64,000 nucleotides of DNA. Source: Eledone cirrhosa. Its lineage: Eukaryota. A program made the translations under genes and the position numbers. The stretch covers positions 48,174,001 to 48,238,000 of the forward strand of contig OZ024749.1 of the NCBI GenBank assembly GCA_964016885.1, given 5' to 3'. Numbering within the stretch: position 1 is the stretch's first letter; each line of letters starts with the position of its first letter. Under the pieces are notes generated by a model, which saw only the letters and a program-made list of their open reading frames with translations, ran no database searches and had not been told where the DNA came from. Positions 16,766 to 30,811 of this stretch are shown here, piece after piece.

Positions 16766-17044
16766 TACGCATGCATCTATGCATTTATGAATGTATCTGT
16801 GTATGTATACACGCACAAAACACACTCATATATATGTGAAAGGAGAAATATGTTCTTTTATATTGTAGCGCAGCCATGTTCTAATTGTAGCTTTTCATTT
16901 CTCTTTTACTCCTTTATATTCTATGGGGGAATATTATTTTCCATCGATAATTCTATATTTTCCACATCTAATTTTCATAATTTGAGGGAATCTTGTCTTC
17001 AAAATTGAGACCCTTTGTTTTAGGAGAATGTTTGATCTGAGAAA

Positions 17045-17228
17045 TAATTGTTTCTACTTTTGGCACAAGGCCAGTTATTACCCAATACATTCCTGGTACT
17101 TTATTTTATCGACCCGGTAAGTATGAAAGACAAAGTTAACCTCGACGAGATTTGAACTCAGACCATAAAGGGACGTAACTATGCTAGAAAGCATGACGTC
17201 CGACCCTCTATCAATACTGCCAATTCAC
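17045..17228 (-). mobile_element. Near full-length SINE
   Basis: Reverse complement of the family from the 3' end to the GGCAGTAT head. Confidence 0.95.
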
Positions 17229-17315
17229 TAAGAAATAATGAATTTGCTTCCATGGAATAGATAGGCATGCATTTTATGTTTTGTTAATAACACATCCTGT
17301 ACATTCACTGATTCT

Positions 17316-17386
<71 letters not shown>

Positions 17387-17402
17387 ATATATATATATAT
17401 TC

Positions 17403-17434
<32 letters not shown>

Positions 17435-17571
17435 GAGATGTACATATATATATGTATATATATATATATATATAGTGGTGGAACACTGGAAGGGAATATT
17501 CGTAGTGGTAGAGCACTCAGTCCAAGGGACGAGTTAGGTAGAAGTGGTTACACCACAGTTAGTTCACCATA

Positions 17572-17612
17572 CCGAGAACAATTGTTTCACCTTCGCGGAT
17601 TCTTCAGCTCGG
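17572..17612 (-). ncRNA. Minimal type-I hammerhead ribozyme (left arm)
   Basis: CCGAG-CTGAAGA-ATCCGCGAAGGT-GAAA-C-AATT-G-TT-CTCGG. Confidence 0.75.
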
Positions 17613-18182
17613 GATGTGTATCGTTATAGGAACAAGAAGGACAACCGTACGAACGCGCATGCGCAGAAACTAGGTCACTTCACACAGGCAATACTAGACT
17701 GCGTGCTGGAGTAGTGAGGGAGATAACTGCGAAAGTCCGGAAAGTTGTTAGGTTGAAAATATAATTAAAAATTTCAAAATAAAATTACAAAGAATCAGTC
17801 CGGAGCCTTGTAGTTACGCAATAGATGTTTGGTGATGTGTGGACAGCGTGTGAAAAATTCGCTTCTCGTGTTTAGGCAATCACTATTGCGTAATCTCTTT
17901 GTAATCAATAGTGATTGCCTAAACACGAGAAGTGAATTTTTCACACGTTGCCCGCACGTCACGAAACATCTATTGCATAACTACAACGCGCCGGACTGAT
18001 TCTTTTTAATTTTATTTTGAATTTTTTGAATTTTATTTTCAACCTAAAAACTTTCCGGACTTTCGCAGTTATCTTCCTTACACCTCCCGCACGCAGTCTA
18101 GTATTGCCTGTGTGAAGTGACCGAGTTCCTACGCATGCGCATTCGTACGGTTGTCTTTCCTGTTCCTATAACCATACACATC

Positions 18183-18222
18183 CCGAGCTGAAGATCCGCG
18201 AAGGTGAAACAATTGTTCTCGG
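18183..18222 (+). ncRNA. Minimal type-I hammerhead ribozyme (right arm)
   Basis: CCGAG-CTGAAGA-T-CC-GCGAA-GG-T-GAAA-C-AATT-G-TT-CTCGG: 5-bp stem I, palindromic loop 3 AATT, GUU triplet. Confidence 0.8.
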
Positions 18223-18253
18223 TATGGTGAACTAACTGTTGTGTAACCACTTC

Positions 18254-18330
<77 letters not shown>

Positions 18331-18332
<2 letters not shown>

Positions 18333-18490
18333 CAGCTAAACAGAATAAAAACACAATCGCTATAGTATATGTAAGGGATATATTAGGTTAAGGCTTGACA
18401 TAGCAGGAATAGTATCATGACGTTTCCGACGCTATTCCTTCATCAGAAGAAATAATGAGAAATAAGGGGACGGGTGGGTTGGAATTATTC
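18331..18490 (-). mobile_element. Short Penelope-like fragment with a hammerhead-like core, between (TG)n and (TA)n
   Basis: Minus strand 18447-18417 reads CTGATGA-AGGAATAGCGTCG-GAAACGTCA. Confidence 0.55.
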
Positions 18491-18549
<59 letters not shown>

Positions 18550-18660
18550 ATGAATATATCTAGTAACATATATATACACAGATGCATACTTATGCTAGCA
18601 AATATATAGGTTTTGTCTTAGTCACTTTGTGGTTCAATGCATGGGGATGCAGAATAATAT

Positions 18661-18777
18661 TATGAGAGACGTAAAATAAGAAAATTATAAAATTAACTTA
18701 CTTACTAAAATTTCACTCGGAGTGAAATTTTAGTAATTAAGTTAATTTTATATATTTCTTATTTTACGTCTCTCATA
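18661..18777. repeat. Fold-back palindrome, about 58-bp arms, 1-nt loop, next to (TA)n
   Basis: TATGAGAGACGTAAAATAAG...TTTCACTC-G-GAGTGAAA...CTTATTTTACGTCTCTCATA. Confidence 0.95.
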
Positions 18778-21169
18778 TATATATATATATATATATATGT
18801 GTACACATATATATAATTATATGTATACACACATTATATGTATACACACATATCTAAATATTAGTGTGATTCTGTCTATGTATGTCTGTGTGTGTGTGTT
18901 GTGTCTTTGTGTTCTTATTGTTTGCGCGTGTGTGTGGTGTGTGTATGTGTAGAAAGATATATCATTCTTTCTCTCTTTCTTTCTCAATCACTCTATATAT
19001 TTATAATGTGGATATATGTATGAATCATCATGTTTAATTGATAGTGATAGCGCTTATACATTTTTCAGAATCAAGGCCAACAATTTAACATTGATGCTAA
19101 TCATTCGTTTATATATCCAATAAATCAAATTATTAAATTAAATTGATATGGTTCTTTGTGTGTAGAAGAGAAGCCACTCAAGGTTATGAATCATCGGTGG
19201 ATCAGTTGAAATTTTGGAGAAAATACAATAATGGGAACTAAACTGGCAAATATTGATTTATTTGGCTCTGGCGCTAATAAAATGTTTGGTGGATAGTAGC
19301 GTAGTGAATTGGCTATTTTATAATAGCAGTGTTGTATTTTTTTAAATATATTTTATCGAACTTGGTGGGAAGAAGCCTAAATCGATAATGCCAGTATTTT
19401 AACTACGGATAGTAATATAAGTATGTTTATTAATAGCATAGTTGCATCGATCGACGTATAGAACTATAGTGTATCGGATTGATCACATTTTAACTCCATA
19501 CCCTATTCATTCTAATTTCAAATCCCGGTGGAGTAAACATCCTTATTCAAGACATTCATAAATTCCGCACTGATTCTATGCAGGCAATGCTTAAAGATCG
19601 GTAATTACGCAATTTATGCAAAACATATTATCTCATATTTATTGACAAATCAGTATTTTTCGATGATTTGAAGATCACATGACAACCCACTCATAGTTTA
19701 AATTCCTGATATATATTATTTAAATTCTGGTAAATTCTTTCTGTGTATAATCAGCTTTGTCACAACGTTTATAGTGAATAAATAAATTAATTTACAATGG
19801 ACGCGTTGTTCTAATATCTCGCCTGTTCCTTTTGCCCTTTAAACCAGACTGGAAAATCTCGCATATAAATAAGAGAACCATGCATAGTTCTATCGATTTA
19901 TTCCTTCCATGTTATCTCCTGAATATAACAGTAGTTGCAATGAGTCCCATTGACGCGAAGTAAAGAAATCGGATAGTTAGAGGTACATTACTCACAGAAT
20001 GAAGACGTAGCAAGTTATATCTAATTTCCATCATTTAATATCAACACAAGACCAAAATAATAAATATTTCCTGAAAACTAGAGATAGCAAATGCTGAGTA
20101 GCTCTTTACAATATCCATGAGAGCATTTGAAAAATATCGTCGTTTGAAGTCAATCACAAAGGACAGAAATCTGACCCAAACCACATTTATGGTTTAAAAT
20201 GTTCGCTGCAATTTACTTATTACATTTCATGATAACTGAAAGCGTTTCGTTTTCTATACACAAAAGTCTTTTAGGAATTGACATGGCAAATAAAATCTCA
20301 CGAAAATAGAAAAAAAGTAAACATAGTTTTTGACCTTTTTCCTAGCAGTATACAAGATTTATTCCACTTTGAATTCATAAGGTCAATGTAATAACATTTT
20401 ATTAATAATAAAGTTTTTCACATGACATTTTTGAAAAAAAAAATATTCTAAATGTTCAAACTACAAAAGCAGTTATTCACAAGTAGACACAAACACTGAA
20501 GCATGATAATATTTTCAGAAATCAAAATAGATTTCGTTTTCCTCGGCTTCGGGATACAAAACGAAAGATAAAAGGACAGTATTCAAGGAGAAAATAGATT
20601 GTTCACTCGATTTACTCGTAAGAGCACACCTTTATTGTGTACATAATATTATTATATTCTTATCATATATTTCCTCTCGTCTGCTCTTCATTGTCCATGT
20701 CAGAATAATTTTGTTTTTCTCTCAAAATGCTTTAGTCTTCTATATATTATAAGTTATTTTCTAAAAATACTTAATCGCCTAATTCTTCCTTCTTCCTCAT
20801 CGTAGTTGCTTGCTGTTTTCTCTACTATCTTCTCAAATTACTATATGCCTGATGAATGCTTCCCTACATAACATTGCCTTGTCTGATTCATACTTAGTGT
20901 CGTAACTAGTTGCTCACAATTCATACTGAATACTTTTCAAAACATTTCCTCTGAGTTATTTCCCTTTTAACAATCTACGGTATTTCAACATCATCTCATA
21001 TCTATCTCCGGCGAAATTTTATTTGGAGAAACTAATAATAATATTATTTTTATTAAAAAAAAAAAACATTATATATGACAAAAGAAGAACATTATAAGAC
21101 ATTCCATATTTTGAGCGTACACTATACAATTACTACTTTTCTAAGACCGTCCCCCATTATTGCTGAGAA

Positions 21170-21730
21170 TACCACAACAGTCTTCTCCTCTGTATGTCTA
21201 TCACACTAACCCTTTTTTAATCCTCCTCTCTGTATACACTAAAACAAAACTCTACTCCTTGCTCTATATATATACCACGACACCACCTATCTCATCCGAT
21301 TCTTTATATCTAATACACTCTAGATAATTATCTACACTTGTGTCCCAATCCCGCTCCGTATATCAATCACCCCTAAACTCTATTCCTCTATATATGTACT
21401 ACACGAGATTCTAACATATCCCCCTTTCTATATCAATTAACACGAAACTCTCCCCTTCTCTATATCAACTACACGGAACAGACTCTCAAATTCCTCTCTA
21501 TATCGATTACCTAAAAAAAGTATACCCCTGTCTATATCTACAATACAGCACTCTCTCTCATTCTCTTCACTCTATCTAACACTACCGGCCTCTCCCCCTT
21601 TCTACATACAGCATACAAACTCTGTCTCCCAATCCCCTTCTCTATATCAATTAACACGAAACTTTCCCCCTCTCTATATCTACTACACAAAACTCTTTTC
21701 CAATCAAACTCTCTATATCAATAAATATCA
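21170..21730. repeat. Degenerate pyrimidine-rich minisatellite (about 30-45-bp units)
   Basis: CTCTATATCAA(C/T)TA(A)CACGAAACTCTCCCC-like motif recurs more than 10 times. Confidence 0.8.
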
Positions 21731-21867
21731 AAGTCTCCCATCTGTCGCTACATAACATGAACATAAATTGTAGCGCATATACAAATAGATGGGTTTTGGT
21801 AGTTTTGGGAGAAAAATATACTTATTCGGGTGGGGTGGCGGTGATGCTCCAGTTTCCCCTCTCCTGT

Positions 21868-22632
<765 letters not shown>

Positions 22633-24698
22633 GGTTCTGCGTGCATCTGTAATGTTTCACACACTCAGGCAAACCTAAAATAATTAATGTGTAAATGAGT
22701 AAACAAACTCAAGTACGTACACAAAGAGGTATCCATGTCCTTACACATACATTTATATATAATTTAACTTAATGAAGCATGAGCATTTTGCTGTCTTTTG
22801 TAGTTAAAAGCTTCAGCTTCGACTATTCGTCTCCAGTACAGTTAGCTTCGGCTTGCTGCGTAAATTCTCTCGTGAAAATTCCACTCTTATACAAAAACAA
22901 TTCCTAACTCTTTCGTCGTTTTAAGCGTCTAGATATATACAGCAATTAACAGCAATATGTCAAACAGATACGCATCGAATTCATAGTATGGTATTATATG
23001 AAAGACCAACATTGACCACTATTTATCTTTAATGCTCTTTGGGAACTACTATAGAGTATTACGCCCAGATCTTGGAGAGGGTTGCCCCACAGAAACAAGG
23101 TAATGATTATTTGTTATTTGATTACATTGAACTTCGATTATGCAACCACTTGCCATCACAATCCTACACCTTCCATCAGAGATATTATTTCATTTCTGTG
23201 CTATTATATTTTTACCTCTAACGCTGTTACCTATTCTATTCAATGGTGCCGGTGTTTGAGTCGTAACTACTTTTTCATTCAACGTTAATACGTCTTATAT
23301 TCTCTGTTCAGTTGTACCGTATCTACACCTTAAGTCCCGAAATAACACCTTCTCTAGAACATATAGATTCAGGTCTCCTAACATATTATCCATACCTTAA
23401 CAGAAACGGTTGGTCTGGCTCGTCCACAAACAAATGCGAACCTTCCTGGCAAAGTAACTTTCCCCCAAAATGAAACAATTGGACGAATCGTTTTAATAAA
23501 TTAATAGTAACCACATTGATGTTAGCAAGATCTTGTTGAGAAAGCTAAAATATGTTGTTTCGATAAAACAATATATTAGTTACCACTGAATGGGAAATGA
23601 TTTATTATGAACATTCTTGGACGAATAAAACTCATTTATACTCCTTAAATCGATATTGGTCATTGTAAATCTATTTATTCCTAAATGTTTTAAAGAAATT
23701 TGGGCTTTGGCTGAGATCAGGATAGATTGCTGGACAGAAATATTCCGTGGCATTGACCTTTCTCTCAATATGTTTCAGCACAAATCCCGGCAAGGACATC
23801 ATTACCATACATCCTTCCTATAATGTAGGTAATTCAGATCATAAATCACCCTATGAAATTTAATTATATATCGATTCTCCCTCACAATGTCTAGCCTATG
23901 TGACCCTCGTACAAATCGGTGTTGTAAGTATCAATATCGATATCATAATCATTACTGCGTGAAATAAAATATATTGCTGAATTTGAATAAGAACTTTTAC
24001 ATTCTGTGTTCAAATGCTCAGCCTCATTCTCCCTTTATTTCGACTGCATCCCTTTTACATATTTGTGAATAAAGTGAAATTGGGTAGATAAAAACTATGT
24101 GGAAGACGGTTGAACGCAATTACAAATAATTCAAGGATGATAACATATCACATAAAATAGTTGGTAAACTAACAAGTAGGGAATTTCACTGATCAGTTAG
24201 CTAGATATCCTTCGTCGAAATTGACGGAAATTATTCTATAGTTTTGTTTGTACAATTGTAAGAGTAGGTCAACATTCGATGACAAATTCGTTAACACATC
24301 AGAGAAATCATTTTATTGTTCCGCCCATCGTACATCGTGCAATTGATACTTAATCAAAACACTGATTGGTTTTGCAAAATCATACCTTCCCACAAAACAA
24401 TATTAAAGAAATGATAAAAATCAACAGAAAATCCTTATGAAGAAAACACATTTTTCAGAGCCATAGACGAAAACAAAGCAATCAATTAAACGCAAGTGAA
24501 CCGGACACTTTTTTCTTTCTTTTAGCGAAGAGTACATAGAATTTCCTCGGAGTAATTGACATAAGTGACATGAGTTAATTATAAAACTGCAAATTAGCGC
24601 CCGGCATCATTAATTTGCTTATATTATTCATAGCGAAGAATGTCACGTACAGTATCGATGACCAGTGTATAATCATAAACACCCTCCCCATACACACA

Positions 24699-24746
<48 letters not shown>

Positions 24747-24748
<2 letters not shown>

Positions 24749-25089
24749 CGGCGATGAATTAGTTTTGCGAGGTTTTTGATATGAAATCGTATGTCAAAAC
24801 AAATATTGTTATACTGGGGAGGGTCATATTTGTGTAATATTGCCAGAATTAATAACAGAACACAATCACTATTTGGTTGGTTTTCGCTTTTCGCTTCTGT
24901 GTCTTTTATATCGGTAATCTAATGTATTCGGTCCTCAATGTTGCTATTGACTGACCAACGGTCAAAAATAATACAGATACAATATTGACACAAACACATA
25001 TATATAGTTTATCAAAGTTCTTTCGTTGCACATCTGCAACCTCGTCAGTGGTGCTATTGTTTCCTCCCGTTACATTGTATGTCTACGCC

Positions 25090-25092
<3 letters not shown>
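24747..25092 (-). mobile_element. (TA)n-flanked Penelope-like fragment with a hammerhead at 25011-25052
   Basis: Minus strand ACCA-CTGACGA-G-GTTGCA-GATG-TGCAAC-GAAA-GAAC-TT-TGAT; perfect 6-bp stem II. Confidence 0.65.
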
Positions 25093-25126
<34 letters not shown>

Positions 25127-26985
25127 AATGCAAATATACACATACCTGATTTGTAATGTTAATCAGTTTTGAAAGAGACTACATATATATTTTTTTCTAT
25201 TTTTATAAGTTTTCAAGAAGTACATTCTATTCACATATAATTTGCAGATATTTATCTTGATTCGCAGATATTTATCATAGGTAAATACAACACATTTTCA
25301 GAAAGTACTAAACACTGATCTTTTATCTGATATTCGATGTTAATTCTTACTATTTTCACAATGCTTACTAAGATGGATCATGCGCCAGCAATCTGTAAAG
25401 CGTTCGTAACAAAGTCGAATAAAAAAAAAAACATTATTGTAAAACCTGTTTTGTACTTCTTGATGTACACCTTACACTTGGCATAGAGTGCCATCATTAG
25501 TACGTTCCTCAGAATATCACAGAGAGAGAGAGGGAGAGAGAGAGATAGAGAGAGAGAAAGAGAGAGATAGAAAGAGAGAGAGTTCAATGAATAGAGGGAA
25601 GTGACAAATAAATTGTGGTATTATGTCCGTCGATTCACATTCTCAATTCAACTACAGGCGTGATGTATTTGGCTTTCATACTTCCTATTAAATGTTTAAA
25701 TTATATGTCAATTATCCTAATAGTTACTCTTAATAGTTTTCTTAATCCATATTTCAGGTTTTGTAGACACATCATAGCCGAATTGTTATATTCACTTTGA
25801 TATCAAAAGGTCCCGCGGTCTGACGTTTTGTGCAAGCGTCATTTACAATAGGTGTTGATAATAAACAATGCATTGTGATTTATATGATTTCTTGAGAGTA
25901 TTACTAATTAGCCTGATGACTTTTATTTCTAGGGGAAGACGGCGTGTAATGAACTTTTGTTGGTCCGGATAAAGATTGATAAAATATGGCTCGACGTAGT
26001 AGGAGAGATTGTGAGTTAGGGGTGGCTGAGAGGAGAGGTGAGACGTTGGACAGAAAGCTCCTCGGTTGCGGTAGAAAAAAGGGAGATAGAAAGAGTGTCA
26101 GAAATCGAGAGAAAGGGATAGAAAAGGGAATAAAGAGATAGATAAAGCGATATATAGAGATAGAAAGAGAGATATATTGAGATATTGAGAGAGAGAATGA
26201 GGGAGAGAGAGAATGTGTATATGTGTGAGAGAGAGGCTATATGTTTAGGATGACATGCGTTTGTGAATGACTAACAGAAAATTTCCAGGGATTAGGATGC
26301 ATTCATGTGTATGTGAACAACCGCATCACAGATGTGTTAACACTATTCAATTGTAAGTATTAGCTAGTGATAGCAACTACTTTACTCCAAAGATATCTAT
26401 GAGAGAGTGTAAATTCACACTGGTGTTGAAGATAAGAATGGTGTAGATTTTGATAACTATAGAGATATGCTGTTGAAGAATTTTCACTATTTCTGATCCA
26501 AGTTCTCTCACATCAAGTAGATTTTGCCGATTAACAAATTACAAATTGTTTAGTATACTGCTGCCTAATACCAGTCAAAGATTTGGAGAAACTCACACAC
26601 ACACGAAATAATAATAAAAAAAACGAAATTAACACCAAATGAATCACTATATATAGCGAATAAAAGTAAAACATTAAATTACACACGATTTATACATACA
26701 ATTTGAAATAATATACCAATTCTTTGGGGAATATTTTTATTACGATCTACTAATGAAATCGATGTTAATAAATCATTTACTTTAGTTTATATACCTAAGC
26801 TTCACGTAAGCAAAATAATATAGATCTAAAATTGATTTTTCTCATAGGCAAAAGTTCAAGCATATCGCTAGATGCTCGTCACTCACAGAACTCACAGACA
26901 CATACTCGACCACCTACACATACACACATATATGCACTCGTACACGCATATAGGCATACATACATACACGCACATACACACACAC

Positions 26986-27091
<106 letters not shown>

Positions 27092-27451
27092 GTCAGTGTG
27101 AATATGTGTGTGTATGGATGTAAGTGTGTTTGTGAACCCAGTAATCTTTTTTATCCATACATTTTTAAATGTATGGATGATCGATTATATAATTAAATCT
27201 AAAATGATTATACAAATGAAACTTGATTTTTATTTAAAACGAAGAATATTGTGAACAAATACAGGAACACGCTTAGATTTGTTTGAGCGAGCACATTAAG
27301 AGAATTAGAAATATATTTCAGTTAGGGTATTTTGTAATCAAACAGCTAATGCAATATATTCCAGCATGCTTTATTACGAACTGGTTTAACAAACGTTTGA
27401 AAGCTTGCAAATTACATGAAGTCTAAACAATGTGTATCCTTATGGTGTTAC

Positions 27452-27572
27452 ACACATACATACCTAAGGACAGGCACTGGTCTATTGGAGACGCAGGACA
27501 TGGCAGCAATAATGAGAGACAGAGCCCGCTGGAGAGAACTCGTCCTTGGATCGCGGGAATTTTACCCGCCTT

Positions 27573-27574
<2 letters not shown>
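27452..27574 (+). mobile_element. 3' terminal fragment of an RTE-like LINE followed by (TA)n
   Basis: Translates ...TGLLETQDMAAIMRDRARWRELVLGSREFYPP*, resembling the DTGL...M.DR..WR C-terminus of RTE-group ORFs; repeat tail begins right after the stop. Confidence 0.65.
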
Positions 27575-27617
<43 letters not shown>

Positions 27618-28110
27618 GACAATAAATATGCAGCTTTTTGTAAGCTTTATTACATATAACAATTTATTTCCATATCGATCAACTTGGGTTTGATCATGAT
27701 GTAATCGTATCACGACCCTTAATCGACACTTCTTAAGATGTGAGAGATCACATGGGACCACCCATCTGAAAAATACAGCCACCTTAAACCTGCAGCACAC
27801 CCAGACGTCATCGGGTGCTTCTACCAATGTCGCTGCTTATAACTACAAGTTACCCACCTAATAACCTATATATATATATATATGTTTATATATACATCGT
27901 GTGGCGCATTTGTGTTAGCGTATGACTGTTTTGCGAGTGTTTCTACGAAGACATGCTTACTTGTTAATGTATACTCAAGTATATGCACGGCTATATTATA
28001 TCTGGGCTACATCCGATGTGTACATAAACTGCTAGAAATATGTACTGGAATCAACGTATTTGGTATTATGTTTATGTATTTTATATTGTATCAGATACCT
28101 TTCATTCAAA

Positions 28111-28169
28111 CCTAAGCTGTTTCTCCCGATCTTGGCTCTAAACATAATTCCCTGGTATTCATCAAAAGG
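28111..28169 (-). ncRNA. Degenerate hammerhead-like motif
   Basis: Minus strand CCTT-TTGATGA-(long stem II region)-GAAAC-AGCT-TAGG; palindromic AGCT loop; core mutated. Confidence 0.4.
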
Positions 28170-28771
28170 AATTAGCGTTTCCATGTGACAGGCAGAACAA
28201 GATCGATGCAATGTAAATAACTATGCACAGCAAGACGGAGAATGACGAGAATAAAAAAAAAAAGAAACATACATATGTAATATATAATCAAAAGAGATGT
28301 ACTAAAACAAATATGTATATTAAGAATAGGAATAATAAATAATAAGAAAAGTAACACAGATTGGAATATGAAAAACAATAGAGAAATGCATAGTAAAAAA
28401 ACATGGATGGAGAACAGTCAAAAGTATGGAAATAATGTAATTGAGAAGAAATAGTGGGAACGTGGAGGAAGATAGAATAAGAAAGATAGGCAAATACATT
28501 GGGGGGATGAAGGAAGAGCAAGACAAATGAGGATGAAGAGGGAAATAAGATAGAAATCGAAGCTGATGTAGTATAGTTCGCATTCGAAACTTTATGTTCG
28601 ATCTTATTAACAATGGAAGAGTAGGTGCCGCTTCATGTCTGAAATATCTCGGTTGAACGGAAAAAAGTGACTGTAAAGTAGAGTGGATGTAGTATACATA
28701 TTTAAACATCTAAAAATGTGTAGATTATCTGTGAAAGGAAAGTTAGAAAGATGAACGCTGCATTTTTTTCC

Positions 28772-29098
<327 letters not shown>

Positions 29099-30566
29099 AC
29101 GTTGGGGATATGTGTGTGCGAATGCATGCATGGACAATATTCCGAGGAATTCATGGTGGGTGAAATGTAGAGGGATAGACGGATCTATATACATTAGTTT
29201 TTAATATAAACTTTTCCTTTGGTATCAGTCTCCCGTTTCTCTCTATATATACTTGTGCTTCTGTAAAACGATTTTCCAACAAAGCTGGTAATGGAGTTTG
29301 ACAATTTCTCTGGGGCAACAGCGCACAAAAGTAGCATAGTTTTCTACTGGAAGGAAGCAACACTTCAGTTAATTTGCCGGAGGACCCTTTGAGCATTTAG
29401 AAGAGAGTTGGCATGTGGAAATGCTTCAGGATTGTACATTTAATGGATGCTTCATTCGATGCACATATTGCCGTTGCTTCAAATGGTTCCACGCATTTAT
29501 GTTGGAATCACTAGGAGGACATTGAAAGCATAACTTTCCTTGTAGAAACATTAGGGACATGACAGCTGGATGTTTCCACTCGCACGTGTCAATGTTTCTG
29601 ATGTCACGTGAAGAAAAACACTTGCGATCAGGATATCGTGCATAAAATACTTGTGTTATGACCTGCCACCCGACAAGAAATCCCCTAATGTTCGTTGTAA
29701 ATGTGTGTCGTGTACACAGTCAGTGATTGTAAAAACATTCACTGGTAGATATAATGAATGTCTGAATGAGTTTCGGAGGTGAGAAAGCGATATTAGCTGT
29801 GTTTGTATTTTCTGTCTCAGAAATTGTGGATTGCGAAACAATTCCTGGTCGCCTATGGCTTATCAATACCGGATGTTATTTTGCGTTATAAAATATGAGA
29901 ATTAAAATCAATGACGACGATGACTTCGTATTGGGATTGGGATATATAGTTCCCGTATATAGCTGGTGTTTTCAGGTGCTCGTTAAAGAACTAAGGGACG
30001 AATTGTTATGTTTTATTGTGGGGTGTAATGGTGGTTACATTGAATATATTTTGGTCAGGTTTCTCGTTATTTATATTTCTCCACGATTGTATTACAAAAC
30101 CTATTAATGGCAGAACTCTTTACTACCTCCTCTCTATATACTCGTTAAAAAGCTATATGGAATTTCTGTAAAAAAAGATATGTAAACAGAAGTAATTGTA
30201 GAAAAACAAAACACAACATTAAAAAGGAAAAAATAATCCAAGTTTAGCGTAAGGAGGTAACATCGAGATATTAAAACGGAGATAGAGATAGGAATATGAT
30301 AAATGGTGTAAGGATGATGTATTTTCTCTGAGTGAATTACACACTATTATGAAACAATTATTCCTAAGCTATACATGCAAAACATGTAAAAGTGAAACAT
30401 AATACAAACTTAAAAATGTGGCTATAACAAATGATATTACTGTCTTTTAAACGTTTACCTGATGGAGGAAGTATGTATATTAACAATGGTTTCCTGTAAA
30501 GGCATCGTATTTCTGCTAGATACTTACATACACACAAGCCTGCGCACATAAACATGTGCACAAACA

Positions 30567-30609
<43 letters not shown>

Positions 30610-30610
30610 A

Positions 30611-30720
<110 letters not shown>

Positions 30721-30738
30721 CACACACATATATATATA

Positions 30739-30811
30739 TAGAAGTAGTTCCACAATAGTTAGTTCACCATACCTAGAACAAATGTTTCACCTTATGCGGA
30801 TCCTCAGCTCG
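30739..30811 (-). mobile_element. 73-bp copy of the hammerhead-bearing end of the 17.5-18.3 kb element, inside (TA)n
   Basis: Minus strand CGAG-CTGAGGA-TCCGCATAAGGT-GAAAC-ATTT-GTTCTAGGTATGGTGAACTAACT matches 18184-18255. Confidence 0.85.

Larger units (their letters stand above)
17474..18255. mobile_element. Large fold-back element, probable inverted Penelope-like pLTR pair (about 350-bp arms 17539-17888/17906-18255, 17-nt loop), (TA)n on both sides
   Basis: Arms are reverse complements with moderate divergence; each carries a hammerhead near its outer end. Confidence 0.85.

Noticed and set aside
17539-18255. Palindromes as sequencing fold-back chimeras or classical MITEs
   Set aside because: Arms differ by substitutions and indels and recur as dispersed families, which argues against chimeras. 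Arm asymmetry and embedded hammerheads fit PLE-type inversion better than TIR transposons, though this is not proven.
27153-27178. 12-bp-arm hairpin ATCCATACATTT-TT-AAATGTATGGAT
   Set aside because: Short and AT-rich, with no associated element features; may be chance or local slippage.
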